Source: Escherichia phage BEK12B
DNA: 51,448 bases
Sequence record: MN158215
Strand: one strand, 5' to 3'
The position numbers and the translations under genes were made by a program. This document shows positions 1 through 10,314 of this stretch, piece by piece (the stretch's first letter is position 1; each line of letters begins with the position of its first letter). The notes under the pieces were generated by a model. The model did not search any database, was not told where the DNA came from, and was given only the letters and a program-made list of their open reading frames with translations.

Positions 1-155
1 CTTCTATACCAATAAATAGACCGTGCTTCTTTTTTGTAAGGTTAACATCAAAATCATACATAGCATTTACTCAATTTAATAATGGTGGGAAGCACGCAAT
101 AAAGATAGAAAAGTCCGACAATCAAGGTGAGGTATTTGTTTATGCTTTTAGCAAT

Positions 156-497
156 ATGGTTACTCCTCCTGGTAGCCACGGAATAGCTTTTTATAATGCT
201 AATGGTGAGATGGTTTATCATGGAAAGATGAAGCCTTTAGATGCAAAACTTGTATCTGTAAGCGGGATCACTTTTGACGTTAACTTGGGATACCCTTGCG
301 CCATCATGCCGTCACTAACAGCTTTAAACTCTGTGAGTAATCCGTCTTTAGGTGGATTCATGATATTTGAGTCTCAAGCTGCCGCGTATGGCAACGGGGT
401 ATATTCTTTATCTAGGCAGGTTGCACAAACTTCTGGTCCTGTTGGTATTTACACGGCTTCATCTGTTTTGGTTATAAATTCATCACACTATGATTAA
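156..497 (+). CDS. hypothetical protein; member of a small paralogous family next to the J-like fibre (candidate receptor-binding locus)
   Basis: 113-aa ORF convergent with J gene; N-terminal region resembles ORFs at 51046 and 51327 (G.x.Y..G... P...DK pattern). Confidence 0.4.
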   Translation: MVTPPGSHGIAFYNANGEMVYHGKMKPLDAKLVSVSGITFDVNLGYPCAIMPSLTALNSVSNPSLGGFMIFESQAAAYGNGVYSLSRQVAQTSGPVGIYTASSVLVINSSHYD

Positions 498-501
498 AAT
501 T

Positions 502-528
502 AAAGGGGGCTATGCCCCCTTTTTTTTA
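502..528. terminator. bidirectional intrinsic terminator between J-like gene and ORF 156..497
   Basis: aagggggctatgccccctt hairpin followed by T8 on plus strand and A/T stretch on minus. Confidence 0.6.
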
Positions 529-3500
529 CCAACTTCCGGTTATTCTCCCTATCTCAACTCTCAATCGTCCATTTGCATCTTTCACCTTTAAGCCTTCGTT
601 AGTGAATTTTGTAGCTCCTTCTCCCGCTCTAGTTCCGTAGTTCTCAAAGTTACCATTTTTATCAAGCCTCCATCCTTGCTGATTCTGAACAAAGTTATTT
701 GACTGAATCACGTTACCAATCATTGCGTTAGTAATGGACCCGTTTTTCACCAACAAACTGTTGATAAACACCTGGTTATTTTCTACTACAAACGGCAATG
801 TAAACGTACCGCCAGTAGAGCTAGTCATGATCGCGAACCTGTTAGCATCGAACAGGATTTGCGAGATCAGGCCTTGAGAAGATTGCGACAACTGCATGAT
901 CATTCCTGCGCTGTACTTCTGCCCCTTGTAAGTAAGGCCCAATTTCATAGCGTACTTAGCGCCAACAGAATCAACGTTAGCCCACGAATCAAGTTTTTCT
1001 GCTAGTGCTGATTCAACGTCTCCGAATTTAGCTGTTAAAGACTGGTCGGCCTGAACCCTTGCCTCTGTCTCATTGGCGATCGCCTGTTTCACTTCTGAGA
1101 TGTTAGCCTCGACTTCGGTCTTGATAACTTCGTCAAGGTCGTTTATCTCTTTCGTAAACTTAGCGTCAAGCTGCTGAACTGCCTGGGCGCGCGCTTCTGA
1201 TTCATTGGCAATTGTTTGCCTTACCTCACCAATACTTGCAGCCGTATCTCGTTTTACGCCGTCTATTTCCTTCGTAAATTTAGAATCAAGCTGCTGAACT
1301 TGAGTAGCTCGCGTCTCTGATTCGTTGGCAATCGCTTCCTGAACGGTTTTGATACTTGAAACTATATCGTCATCAATTGAAGCCTTTAACTCTTCGATTT
1401 GAGTTACTCGCGCCTCCGTTTCGTTGGCGATAAGCTCAAGAGCGTGACCATATTCAGCCTTGCGCTTTCCGTTTTGTACCCTTGTCCACTTAAGATTTGC
1501 ATCATTTGCAATAGCATTCTGGATTATTGATTGCGCCTGGTCCTTTATCTTGTTTGCACTATCAATGGCGTTCTCTTTAATATCCTGGCCTGCTTCAGTA
1601 TCAAAAATCTTATCAAGAAGATCACCCATAACAGAATCAACATCATCCGAAGCCATACCTCTAACAAAATCAGTCCAACCGGAAACGTTGCCGATCTTGT
1701 CTACGCTCCTGATCCGATACCATACAACATGACCAGCCGGAAGCGTACCGTGCCAGTATTCATATTGTGGATACGGGATCAGCGTTAGCAGGCTTGAGTT
1801 TTCAGCCGTTCCATCCGGCGACTGATGAAGCTCAATGTATGCCGTGTCTCCGCTCCCTTCTGGCATCCCCCACTTAACACGAATGCCAAACACTTCATTG
1901 TCGGATGCGGTTAAGTTAACTGGCGCGCCTGGCTCTCCTACCTTACCAGTCAGTGATGCTGTCACAATTCTGGACCACGGAGAAGTAGAACCTGAAGCAG
2001 AAACAGATCTAACCCTTACCTGGTAGTTTCCTGAATAAATACCTTCAACCTCAATTTCTTTGTTTGCGGTCTGTGGTGTATTCAGCCAGTTGCCATCACC
2101 TTTTCGCCATTGCATTTCATACAGCGATGCGTAAGGTACTTTATCCCACGACACAACCATTGTTTCAACGCTTGCACCCTGGACAATTCGCGAGTATGAG
2201 GATATTTGCACGTTTTCCGGTGCTGCCATTGTGTCAGGCTGGACAATTGACGTTGGCCTGTCGTCAATGTTTACTCCATAATCAATCTCGTCGTATTTGT
2301 TCGGGTCATATTCAACAGCCGTGATGGAGTATGTAAATTCATCATCATCATCACCTTTTCCGATACTCGTTACAACGTATTGCTGCAATGCAATATCAGT
2401 GCGGTCGATTGCAAAAACTGTATCCGGTTTAACTTCAAACCCAAACCCAATGTTTAGTTCAATGGTTTTTCCGTCGACGCTTACTTTTGAGATTGTGCGC
2501 TTAACTGGCTTTCCGTCCGGCTTGTTGATGATAATGAAATCACCTGGTCGCGCGTCAATCTTAAACGGAACGAACACCTGCAAGCCGGAAACTTCCATCA
2601 CGCGCCCTGATAGGTTTAACTTAAGGTTGCTGCTGTGAAAGTTGTCAGCAATAGCAATCACATCACCTATTGATGGGATCATGCCTTCCAGTCCAGTAGC
2701 AAAGTTTACCGTAGTGCTGCGCAAGTTGGTTTTTAGTATCCATCTACCGCGCCGATTAGCCTCGCTCCTGCGTGTACATCCGATCGCGGTTATGCTTGTA
2801 GGATTGTATCCAAAACGCAATGCGGCCTCTGTGTCGAATACACCCTCTACGTCCTGTTGATACATGTTTTGTTCGTCATCGAACGTCACGTTGCACTGCG
2901 TGTACATGCTCTTTTCACTTGCTGTTGTGTACTGAAAATCACCATCAACAACATTGTCATTTGTGAAGATGTACGACGGATCGCGCGGCTTATCAATGAC
3001 GATTGACAAGCTCTCTCCATTCCAAAAGCTCATGCCTCTGAAGATTGAGCAAATATCACGAATAAGCTGATAAGCCTCAATCTGGCTTTGAATCACAACG
3101 TCGCATAGATAACGCGGCTCTGTACCGCCTTTCCCGTCAGGAACTTTCTGATCGCAGTATTGCGCCGCTTCGTAAAGACTCCATTTATCAACCTGTACAC
3201 CAAGCTCTCGCTGATCTAATCCGTATCGCTGGTTTGTGATAATGTCATAAAGTACCCACGCCGGATTGTTCGACCACGCTTTCTTGAACGTACCATCCCA
3301 TGAACCGTGATACTCTCGCATTACCGGATCGTAATTGCTAGGAACATTAATCAGCTTCCATTTCTTCTTGATTGAAATGTTAGGGATCTGGTTTGGGAAC
3401 AATTCGCTGTCAAATTCAACGTATACAAGACCAGTCAGAGGATAACGGAATTTTGCATCAATAACCTCAGCGTAACTTTGTAGCTTAATCAAATCAGTAA

Positions 3501-4104
3501 CACGAGAAGATGTGCTGTCTGCCGTAACCCTTCTAACCCTAAGCAATACGCGATCATTAAATGCCGGAAGGTCAATCCTTCGGCTTCTGTCGTAACCTGA
3601 ACGTGTTTTACCTTCGATAGTGTCTCGCAATACTTCTTTGTAAGAGTCTCCGTCAACAGCCATATCAACAGCATAAGTAACCTTAACGCCGACAAGATCG
3701 CCGTTATCCTCTTGCTTAATGCCTGTTGGCATTAGCATTTTGATTCTGATAGCAGATAATGTTTTGTTTGTTACGGAAATCACATAAGGATTTGACGTAG
3801 TAATATCACGCGCCAGCGTCACTTCGCTTGATGTGTCAGTAAATCCTTGGATGTAATCTTGAGTCTGTGTCCCTGGGCGAAACTCTGCGCTCACACCCTT
3901 GTAGTTAACAGTTCCGTCGTCTGCAATTACCGGAACATTATCAAGATACAGATCGCGAAGTGTAAAATCTGGATCGCACTCACCATCGGAAACGGCAAGA
4001 AGGATTTTGATCTTGTTGATTGAGATCAGGTTATCTTCCATCTCTTTCGGCACATAAGGTTTTGATGATCCACCCTTACTGCCAGTTATCATATTTTCAG
4101 CCAT
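526..4104 (-). CDS. central tail fibre / host specificity protein (lambda J-like)
   Basis: 1192-aa ORF last in tail module after I/K/L/M-like genes; RBS AAAAGGTG before ATG; C-terminal ~33-aa tandem repeats IANETEAR..QLD.KFTKEI. Confidence 0.85.
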   Translation of the reverse strand: MAENMITGSKGGSSKPYVPKEMEDNLISINKIKILLAVSDGECDPDFTLRDLYLDNVPVIADDGTVNYKGVSAEFRPGTQTQDYIQGFTDTSSEVTLARDITTSNPYVISVTNKTLSAIRIKMLMPTGIKQEDNGDLVGVKVTYAVDMAVDGDSYKEVLRDTIEGKTRSGYDRSRRIDLPAFNDRVLLRVRRVTADSTSSRVTDLIKLQSYAEVIDAKFRYPLTGLVYVEFDSELFPNQIPNISIKKKWKLINVPSNYDPVMREYHGSWDGTFKKAWSNNPAWVLYDIITNQRYGLDQRELGVQVDKWSLYEAAQYCDQKVPDGKGGTEPRYLCDVVIQSQIEAYQLIRDICSIFRGMSFWNGESLSIVIDKPRDPSYIFTNDNVVDGDFQYTTASEKSMYTQCNVTFDDEQNMYQQDVEGVFDTEAALRFGYNPTSITAIGCTRRSEANRRGRWILKTNLRSTTVNFATGLEGMIPSIGDVIAIADNFHSSNLKLNLSGRVMEVSGLQVFVPFKIDARPGDFIIINKPDGKPVKRTISKVSVDGKTIELNIGFGFEVKPDTVFAIDRTDIALQQYVVTSIGKGDDDDEFTYSITAVEYDPNKYDEIDYGVNIDDRPTSIVQPDTMAAPENVQISSYSRIVQGASVETMVVSWDKVPYASLYEMQWRKGDGNWLNTPQTANKEIEVEGIYSGNYQVRVRSVSASGSTSPWSRIVTASLTGKVGEPGAPVNLTASDNEVFGIRVKWGMPEGSGDTAYIELHQSPDGTAENSSLLTLIPYPQYEYWHGTLPAGHVVWYRIRSVDKIGNVSGWTDFVRGMASDDVDSVMGDLLDKIFDTEAGQDIKENAIDSANKIKDQAQSIIQNAIANDANLKWTRVQNGKRKAEYGHALELIANETEARVTQIEELKASIDDDIVSSIKTVQEAIANESETRATQVQQLDSKFTKEIDGVKRDTAASIGEVRQTIANESEARAQAVQQLDAKFTKEINDLDEVIKTEVEANISEVKQAIANETEARVQADQSLTAKFGDVESALAEKLDSWANVDSVGAKYAMKLGLTYKGQKYSAGMIMQLSQSSQGLISQILFDANRFAIMTSSTGGTFTLPFVVENNQVFINSLLVKNGSITNAMIGNVIQSNNFVQNQQGWRLDKNGNFENYGTRAGEGATKFTNEGLKVKDANGRLRVEIGRITGSW
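1030..1450 (-). repeat. in-frame tandem ~99-bp repeats (about 4 units) inside the J-like gene
   Basis: repeated DNA units visible at 1040-1440 encoding repeated IANE(T/S)EAR...KFTKEI peptide. Confidence 0.7.
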
Positions 4105-4148
4105 TATTTTTCACCTTTTGTGCTATTTGATTTGTTGAATTATACGGG

Positions 4149-4180
4149 CAAAAAAAAAGCCGCGCAACGCGCGACTCTTT
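4149..4180 (-). terminator. intrinsic terminator after gene I-like, upstream of J
   Basis: minus-strand sense gtcgcgcgttgcgcggc hairpin followed by T9; TATAAT hexamer follows before J RBS. Confidence 0.55.
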
Positions 4181-4184
4181 TATA

Positions 4185-4781
4185 TTAAGCCTTGTCCTCT
4201 GCATAGCTGCCAGCAGACCAGATAGCTCCGCCGACGGTCCTTTGACCATATGGCAATGGTATTGGGTATCCTGCTGCCGTTGTGTTAACAGCGCCACCGA
4301 AAGCATAAGACGGCTTGTTTTCTGCTGATTGGGATGACAATCTTGATCCTCCTTGCTGCGGTGAGATCATTTGCATTACTCCGCCAAGTACCATTGCTCC
4401 ACCCATCATAAAAGCAGACGATGCAAAAGCACCCATTAACGCAAGTGAAGCGCCGCCAGTGAAAAATGCAGTCGCCATAATGACCGCGCCAAGAACAACC
4501 TGAAACAACCCGCCAGACTTTGAACCTGTTGGGATTGGAATAATCCTCACTTCCTTTGCGCATTGCCACGCTTTTTCATCGTGCTGTCCTACATTCTTAC
4601 CGTCAACAAATACAGCGTAAAGCATTCGCGATCCTACTTCGCTTTGCATGTAGTCCTTGAATCCTTCCACCTGCGAAGATAGTGCGCGTATTGCTTCAGG
4701 GTATGAGTCAACAGCCAGCTTATGAAATACACCAAATCTTCGTCCTAAAGATCCAGATAATTTAATTACCTTTAAAGTCAT
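4185..4781 (-). CDS. tail assembly protein (lambda I-like)
   Basis: 198 aa, position between K-like and J-like genes, Gly/Ala-rich hydrophobic C-terminal half. Confidence 0.6.
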   Translation of the reverse strand: MTLKVIKLSGSLGRRFGVFHKLAVDSYPEAIRALSSQVEGFKDYMQSEVGSRMLYAVFVDGKNVGQHDEKAWQCAKEVRIIPIPTGSKSGGLFQVVLGAVIMATAFFTGGASLALMGAFASSAFMMGGAMVLGGVMQMISPQQGGSRLSSQSAENKPSYAFGGAVNTTAAGYPIPLPYGQRTVGGAIWSAGSYAEDKA

Positions 4782-5496
4782 ATTTCAGATCCTTATGCCT
4801 AACAACTATCGCGGTATGCTCTTGATACCAGCCAGAATATAAATCAATTCTAGATAGCTTTCCATAAGTATGGTGTAGCAGTTGGTTATCTCCCAAGTAA
4901 ATCCCAGCGTGATTGATAACATCGGATTGCAATCTCATCATCACCATATCACCAGGTTTTGGCGGCTCTCCTGTTTCAACAAAACCCTCTTTCAGATAAT
5001 TTTCCTGGTAAAGATTTTCCCCGTACTCAGGCTTCCACCATTCATACGGTTTCCTGAAATCATTCAGGATAACGCCATGTTGCTTGTGCCATGCCATAAT
5101 AAGCCCCCAGCAATCATACGCCCCAAGCGACCACGGGCGACCAATCAGAGGACGAGATTCAGGCTCAATGATTCTCATATCACCTTCTGGCCATGACACA
5201 ATAACCCATGAAACACCCATCTCATCACACATGCATGTATCATGGGCGCTTGGAATTGTACTTGCCCCGTCTCCAGTGTGGCTATGCACAACAGCAATAA
5301 GCTCGCCACTTTCACACGCCTCAACGTATTCAATTGCGTTCATCTCAAAATGATTTTCAGGATCATCATGCACGTTGGTTACGCGGTGGTATTTTTGCAC
5401 GCGTGATTTTTGAGTGATAACCCCGCACGCCTCGCGCGGGTATTCATCTTTTACGTGCTGCATTATTTCAAGTTTTATTTTTGCGCTAATCATCAC
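4762..5496 (-). CDS. tail assembly protein (lambda K-like, JAMM/MPN plus NlpC/P60-type)
   Basis: 244 aa; HSHTGDGASTIPSAHD metal-site-like motif and downstream Cys/His pattern; overlaps neighbours as in lambda tail operon. Confidence 0.65.
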   Translation of the reverse strand: MMISAKIKLEIMQHVKDEYPREACGVITQKSRVQKYHRVTNVHDDPENHFEMNAIEYVEACESGELIAVVHSHTGDGASTIPSAHDTCMCDEMGVSWVIVSWPEGDMRIIEPESRPLIGRPWSLGAYDCWGLIMAWHKQHGVILNDFRKPYEWWKPEYGENLYQENYLKEGFVETGEPPKPGDMVMMRLQSDVINHAGIYLGDNQLLHHTYGKLSRIDLYSGWYQEHTAIVVRHKDLKYDFKGN

Positions 5497-6254
5497 TGGT
5501 TTCTCCTTAACAGGCTTGCTACTGGTGCGCCGCCAAAATCAAGCTGCTGGTCTGCACCAAAACGAAGTTTACACGCGGTTACAGTTCCGGCGCAAAAGTC
5601 TTGAGATGGATCGGTTACAGGATTGTTGTCTTTATCGAACATTCGCGATCCATTATATCCGCAACCTTTTCCGCTTCGATACCATCCACGCTGCGCCCAA
5701 TAACAAACGCTTTGAGTTACTCGCGGAGGAATCATTATTCCATCCATATCATAAGGCGATGTCAGATCAAATTTTGCCATCATCCTATTGTAATGGCTTG
5801 GGCGCTCAATGTAATAAACCAGCTTTCTTGAAGCGCCATCTTTAATGCTGCCATCTTTCCCCATTAATTCTGCTGGCGTGATCCAGATTGTAACCTTAGC
5901 TTGCATCATGCCGTTAAAGTTGCGAATCATCGCGCTCACCTGGCTATCAAGGTTTGATAGTATCAATTGTGGCTTATCAGCCTTTCCGTTGCTTGTGAAG
6001 TTGATTCCAGATATTCCAAACGGTCGCGCGCCGTAAACCTCGCCACGGAATGTAATCTCTTTCGGCGGAAGAACTCCAGTTTCTCGCGCCTGCAATAATT
6101 CTTCCGCAGTGTATGAGATGTTCTCATTGTGTATGCGAAAAATGTTTGAACCGAATTTTGTACCGTCAATCTCAATTAGCGTGATAATATCGCCAGGGTA
6201 AAGGCTTTGCAGACAGTTTTCAAGATCTGCGCGACCTGTTGTTTCATTAGCCAT
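5493..6254 (-). CDS. minor tail protein (lambda L-like)
   Basis: position after M-like gene; C-terminal cysteine cluster; start chosen at MANETTG after RBS AAAGGAGG. Confidence 0.65.
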   Translation of the reverse strand: MANETTGRADLENCLQSLYPGDIITLIEIDGTKFGSNIFRIHNENISYTAEELLQARETGVLPPKEITFRGEVYGARPFGISGINFTSNGKADKPQLILSNLDSQVSAMIRNFNGMMQAKVTIWITPAELMGKDGSIKDGASRKLVYYIERPSHYNRMMAKFDLTSPYDMDGIMIPPRVTQSVCYWAQRGWYRSGKGCGYNGSRMFDKDNNPVTDPSQDFCAGTVTACKLRFGADQQLDFGGAPVASLLRRNQ

Positions 6255-6287
6255 AATTGCACCTCCTTTCGTGCATTGTATCATCAA

Positions 6288-6312
6288 TAAAAAAGCCGCA
6301 CAAAGGCGGCTT
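6288..6312 (-). terminator. hairpin plus T-run between M-like and L-like genes (possible attenuator)
   Basis: minus sense aagccgcctttgtgcggctt followed by TTTTTATT. Confidence 0.4.
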
Positions 6313-6315
6313 GAA

Positions 6316-6672
6316 TTATTGCATTGATGTAAATTGCTCAGTAAATGTTGCTTTCACTTCCTGAACGGTTGCTGATACAGGCGTTAATCCAATACTGCCG
6401 GATTTCACCCTGAATAGACCAGGTTGACCGTCAGGCATAAACCATAAAAACGGCTTCAGCCTGTGTCCATTCAGGAAGTCAACAACATCTCGGTAATCAT
6501 TACCCACATAGACAATGGAAAACTCCCTGCGTACCGTGTTAAACCCTCCTGATGCAACCTGCGTGTAACCATTACCAAATGATATTTCCCTGTCGTTATT
6601 TGATGTGGTCATAGTGCCGCCGCCTCCTTGCGTTTGCGTACACCATTTGAATTGCTCAAGTTTCACTATCAC
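6316..6672 (-). CDS. minor tail protein (lambda M-like)
   Basis: 118 aa ORF immediately after tape measure gene with ATGA-type overlap. Confidence 0.6.
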   Translation of the reverse strand: MIVKLEQFKWCTQTQGGGGTMTTSNNDREISFGNGYTQVASGGFNTVRREFSIVYVGNDYRDVVDFLNGHRLKPFLWFMPDGQPGLFRVKSGSIGLTPVSATVQEVKATFTEQFTSMQ

Positions 6673-9572
6673 CCCCGCTTAGACATAACAAATTCGTAAA
6701 CTTCCCCACCCTGCGTACAGGAACGCTTAATCATATCAGTGAAAATCATTTTTACGCCAGTCTCCAACCCTTTCGGATCGCTTCCGTTGTTAATATCAAC
6801 GCTGATCCCGCCAATATTAAGATTTGTGGCTCCAGATGAAACTCCGCCTCCAGTGTATGAAGCTCCACCAACAACGCCGCCATTTGCATAACCGCGCATC
6901 ATTTTGTAAAGATTTCCAACTCCGATCCGCTTCGTGGCCTCCTTAGTCATGACAAACTCGCCTTTATGAACAACACCTGCTGGCTCATACTTCCCTCCGT
7001 CGCCAGTGTACCCACCAGTTGCAAATCCAACATTTTTAAGAAGGCTTCCAATCGTCCAAGTGTCACCGCCCATCGCACCAGATATGGCATTAAAGATAAC
7101 CATCTTCGTAATCATCTGAACAATCAGGCTAATGATCGATTTTGCAAAGTCTTTGAAGTTTGCTTGTCCAGTAGTCAAAAAATCAGCCATTTGTTGCGAT
7201 AGACCGTTTAGCGCCTGGCTCGCAATGTTGCCGATATTATCATACATGTTCATTGCTTCCTCGCCGTACTCAGCAAATGCATTTTTAGCGCCAGCCAACC
7301 AATCAGCACGTTTAGCATCTTCCTCTTTATAGCGGTTGTCTAAGGCATCCATCATGGATTTAAGTTGCGGATCTTCTTTCTGCCCTCCATTAGCAAGATA
7401 ATCAGATTCAACCTTTGCACGTTCCGCCGCTCTTGCTGATTCACGCTCGCTCAACCCTCTGGTTTTTGCTAGTGCTTCTGTTGCTGCTTTCTGCTGCTGG
7501 ATAAACTTGATTGAGCTATCTTGCAACTGATTAAGGCGCGTTTGCGCAACAATCTGATCGCCTAAAATAGCTTTTTGTTCAGCCATGGCTAAGATCTTAT
7601 CTTTGTTGGCTAAAATGCTTTTTTCTTCATCAGTAAGTTGCCGCTTTGTTGAGGCTTCTTGCAAAATCTGAATTTTAGCTTGTTCAGCCCATAAAGATTT
7701 ACGTTGCTGGCTTATGGTATCTGTGATCGTCTTGTGCTCTTTCAAAACTCTTAATTGAGTTTCTAACGCCAGGATATCACGCTGATATTGTTCTTCAAGT
7801 TTATCTCCAGCCGAAACCTTAACTTTTGTAACTTTATCTCGCTTTGATAATTCCTCGGCTTCCTTCCTGATATTATCTTTTGTTTTTGTCGCATATTGCT
7901 GTTCAACCGCCGCACGATTTTTCATCATGTCAATGTAACCTTGCTCGCCTTTTTTGACTCTCTCGTTACGTTCGGCAATTGATTTTAATAGCTCCTTGTT
8001 TTGCTCTTTTGATTTATTAATGATCTGTTGCTGCTGTGCAATTACTGAATCACCAACGCCATCAAGACCAGGTATTTTTTGCATAGCCTTTGTTGCAGAT
8101 ACAATAAATTCACCAATGAGAATATCACCCTGATTAAGCAAATAACGAACTTGCTCAACTGTTCCGGCTACAACGTCAATAATCAGGTTCAGCGCCGCCA
8201 GCGTGTGATCCCCAACCCAACCCCATGCATCTGACGCCCATTTTTTAATGTCCGTCCACATCTTTTCTAATGGCGTTGCGGAGTCTGCCAGTTCAGCTAA
8301 TCTCTGATCCATAACATCAGCAAATAACTTTGTTGCCGTCGTTACAGCCTCTGTTTTGCCTTTCGTTTTCTCAAGGTCTGCAATATAAGTTAACTGCCCT
8401 TCGCTTAAAAAGTTGAATTGTTCGTTTAGCTCTGCAAGACCTTTAACCGGATCACCAGCAATCTTATTAAAGTAATCGGTTATCTTGTCGCTTGATTCAC
8501 CAGTTACCGTTGACCACTGAGCGGTAGTCTTTGTGATCGCTTTAATCTGATCAATCGTGAATTTGCCTGATTTTGCAAGCTCTGTTGCGATGGATCGTAT
8601 GTTTCCTATCGTAGCGTCAGTGCTGTTATTAATGTCCTGCTCCAGATTATCGAACTGTGAGCCGCTTGTGCCAGCATATCCACCAGTCAGAGCCAACGCC
8701 TCTTGCAAGTCACGTTGCGATTTATACGCATCATAACCAGCTTTAACAATAGCACCCATTGAAACGGCTAATGCGGCAAGGCCAACGTTTACCGGATTCA
8801 GAAACGACAACAGCACTTTAAACGTATTACCAACGCCGCCGAAAGAATCCTTAATCTGTCCACCCTGCTGGATTGCAACTAACCAAACGGGCATACCGGA
8901 AGCCAGCGACGTTACAACGTCAGTGATCTGAGCCGGAAGTTGCGCCATAGCTTGCTTGTATTGCCCCGCGCTAATTCCGGTTAACTTCATCTGTTTTTCT
9001 TGCGCTTTAAGCTGTGCAATAAATGGCGCGGCCTGAGCACTTACGCCAAGTTGCGCCGCTTTCATTTCCAGCAATTCGGATTTTGTTTTGCCAAGCGCTG
9101 AGGCTTGCCATTCCAGATCCGCAAGGAAAGTTTTTCCGGCTAACGCTGCTTTCTCTTTGGCTTTTGATTCCTCAAGTGCTGCACGGCCTTCTTCCGTTAA
9201 CGCCTTTTTATTACGCTCCAGCTTACTGATCTGAGTTTCCAACATGCTCCCTAATTGGAAGAATGTTTCATCAGGTACAATCCCTTTTTTCCATAGCTTA
9301 TCAAGATCACTTGCTGCCTGTGACAGCTTGCGCATTTTTGCCGCTGTCGGATCAACTGTATCCTGAATTCTCTTAAATTCACGGCTCTGTTTCGCCAATT
9401 CATCAGCTAATTGCTTTGCTCTTTGCTTTGCAATTTCTTCCTCATTAACAAAGCTCTCAACTCCTTTCTTTGCTTCGTCGTTTGCCTTCTTGAATTGCTG
9501 CAAAGACTTTACAGCATTGTTGAGTTGAGAAACGTCAACCCCAAGCGTCAATCCTGCGTATTGTTCTGACAT
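6669..9572 (-). CDS. tail tape measure protein
   Basis: 967 aa, extensive coiled-coil/Ala-Gln-Lys-rich sequence, located after G/GT chaperone pair; RBS AGGAGG. Confidence 0.85.
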   Translation of the reverse strand: MSEQYAGLTLGVDVSQLNNAVKSLQQFKKANDEAKKGVESFVNEEEIAKQRAKQLADELAKQSREFKRIQDTVDPTAAKMRKLSQAASDLDKLWKKGIVPDETFFQLGSMLETQISKLERNKKALTEEGRAALEESKAKEKAALAGKTFLADLEWQASALGKTKSELLEMKAAQLGVSAQAAPFIAQLKAQEKQMKLTGISAGQYKQAMAQLPAQITDVVTSLASGMPVWLVAIQQGGQIKDSFGGVGNTFKVLLSFLNPVNVGLAALAVSMGAIVKAGYDAYKSQRDLQEALALTGGYAGTSGSQFDNLEQDINNSTDATIGNIRSIATELAKSGKFTIDQIKAITKTTAQWSTVTGESSDKITDYFNKIAGDPVKGLAELNEQFNFLSEGQLTYIADLEKTKGKTEAVTTATKLFADVMDQRLAELADSATPLEKMWTDIKKWASDAWGWVGDHTLAALNLIIDVVAGTVEQVRYLLNQGDILIGEFIVSATKAMQKIPGLDGVGDSVIAQQQQIINKSKEQNKELLKSIAERNERVKKGEQGYIDMMKNRAAVEQQYATKTKDNIRKEAEELSKRDKVTKVKVSAGDKLEEQYQRDILALETQLRVLKEHKTITDTISQQRKSLWAEQAKIQILQEASTKRQLTDEEKSILANKDKILAMAEQKAILGDQIVAQTRLNQLQDSSIKFIQQQKAATEALAKTRGLSERESARAAERAKVESDYLANGGQKEDPQLKSMMDALDNRYKEEDAKRADWLAGAKNAFAEYGEEAMNMYDNIGNIASQALNGLSQQMADFLTTGQANFKDFAKSIISLIVQMITKMVIFNAISGAMGGDTWTIGSLLKNVGFATGGYTGDGGKYEPAGVVHKGEFVMTKEATKRIGVGNLYKMMRGYANGGVVGGASYTGGGVSSGATNLNIGGISVDINNGSDPKGLETGVKMIFTDMIKRSCTQGGEVYEFVMSKRG

Positions 9573-9591
9573 TATTAATCCTCCTGGTAAT

Positions 9592-9613
9592 AAAAAAGCG
9601 CCCGTAGGCGCTT
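9592..9613 (-). terminator. hairpin plus T-run between GT chaperone and tape measure gene
   Basis: minus sense aagcgcctacgggcgctt followed by TTTTATT. Confidence 0.4.
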
Positions 9614-10237
9614 ATTTTGAATGCATCATTTCAAGTGCTTTTTGCTCCATGATTCGCAAGTCGTTTAGCGCCATCTCGCGATCCTCAACCTTGTAAATCT
9701 CAAAAAGCATCGGGAGAACGTTGTAATCAAATCCGTAAGCGCCACCGCCAGAACATCTCCATTGCGTTTGCATTGCGCAAAATATATCCCATGATTGCAT
9801 CATGCTTTCATCAAATATAACCTCTGGCGGATCTTCTCCTTCATAGTCTGCCCTTGTAAGCCCAACGGCCTCAAGCTCTGCGTCTGTCGGCGGTTTCTGA
9901 TAATACAGATAAACCGCCCGTTTTAGTTTTTTACGCGTTGCCCTGCCAGCGCGCTCAAATAAGATCCCATAAGAGCAAGCGCCGCGCCAGGATAATAATC
10001 AACTAACAGTTGCGCGTTTTCTTCGTTGAATTCTTCTTCCAGATCCCAACCCACGGCAACATTCATGATGAATTCAGGATCTTTAATACCTTCTTTCTGG
10101 TAAAGCTCTTGAATCTCGCTGGCCTTTTTATGCTTAACGGTAAACACAATTTTTTGCTCGTTACCATCCGGCAATACAAATTTAACTGGAAGTTTGAAAT
10201 CTGGAAGCGGGGCAAGAGTCAATTTCATTTTAGCCAT
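9612..10237 (-). CDS. tail assembly chaperone -1 frameshift fusion product (lambda GT-like)
   Basis: A_AAA_AAC heptamer (plus coords 9926..9932) immediately 5' of the G-like stop; -1 frame is open to 9612 and joins ORF 9612..9803 (translation ...KKLKRAVYLYYQKPP...MMQSWDIF...). Confidence 0.6.
9923..10237 (-). CDS. tail assembly chaperone (lambda G-like)
   Basis: 104-aa acidic ORF between major tail and tape measure genes; ends with slippery heptamer then stop. Confidence 0.65.
   Translation of the reverse strand: MAKMKLTLAPLPDFKLPVKFVLPDGNEQKIVFTVKHKKASEIQELYQKEGIKDPEFIMNVAVGWDLEEEFNEENAQLLVDYYPGAALALMGSYLSALAGQRVKN
9926..9932 (-). promoter_or_regulatory. programmed -1 ribosomal frameshift slippery site
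   Basis: minus-strand AAAAAAC directly before TAA stop of G-like ORF. Confidence 0.6.
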
Positions 10238-10284
10238 TGTCATTTCTCCTGAGTGGTTAAATATTGAGGTGATATTACATCAAA

Positions 10285-10310
10285 TAAAAAAGGGACGCAA
10301 TGCGCCCCTT
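10285..10310 (-). terminator. hairpin plus T-run after major tail protein gene
   Basis: minus sense aaaggggcgcattgcgtccc followed by TTTTTTATTT. Confidence 0.5.
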
Positions 10311-10314
10311 TAAA

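Noticed and set aside
1030-1450. Tandem repeats as a possible CRISPR array or VNTR
   Set aside because: The repeats are in-frame coding repeats of the J-like protein with no unique spacers.
4120-4128. AAATAGCAC 9-mer in the J 5' leader
   Set aside because: It lies downstream of a TATAAT hexamer rather than upstream of one and lacks the TTTTTGTTAAAAC half.
1460-4306. Plus-strand and short minus-strand ORFs nested inside the J-like gene (for example 1460..1732, 2297..2638, 3489..3695)
   Set aside because: All lie antisense to or out of frame within a long, clearly coding 1192-aa gene and have no RBS support.
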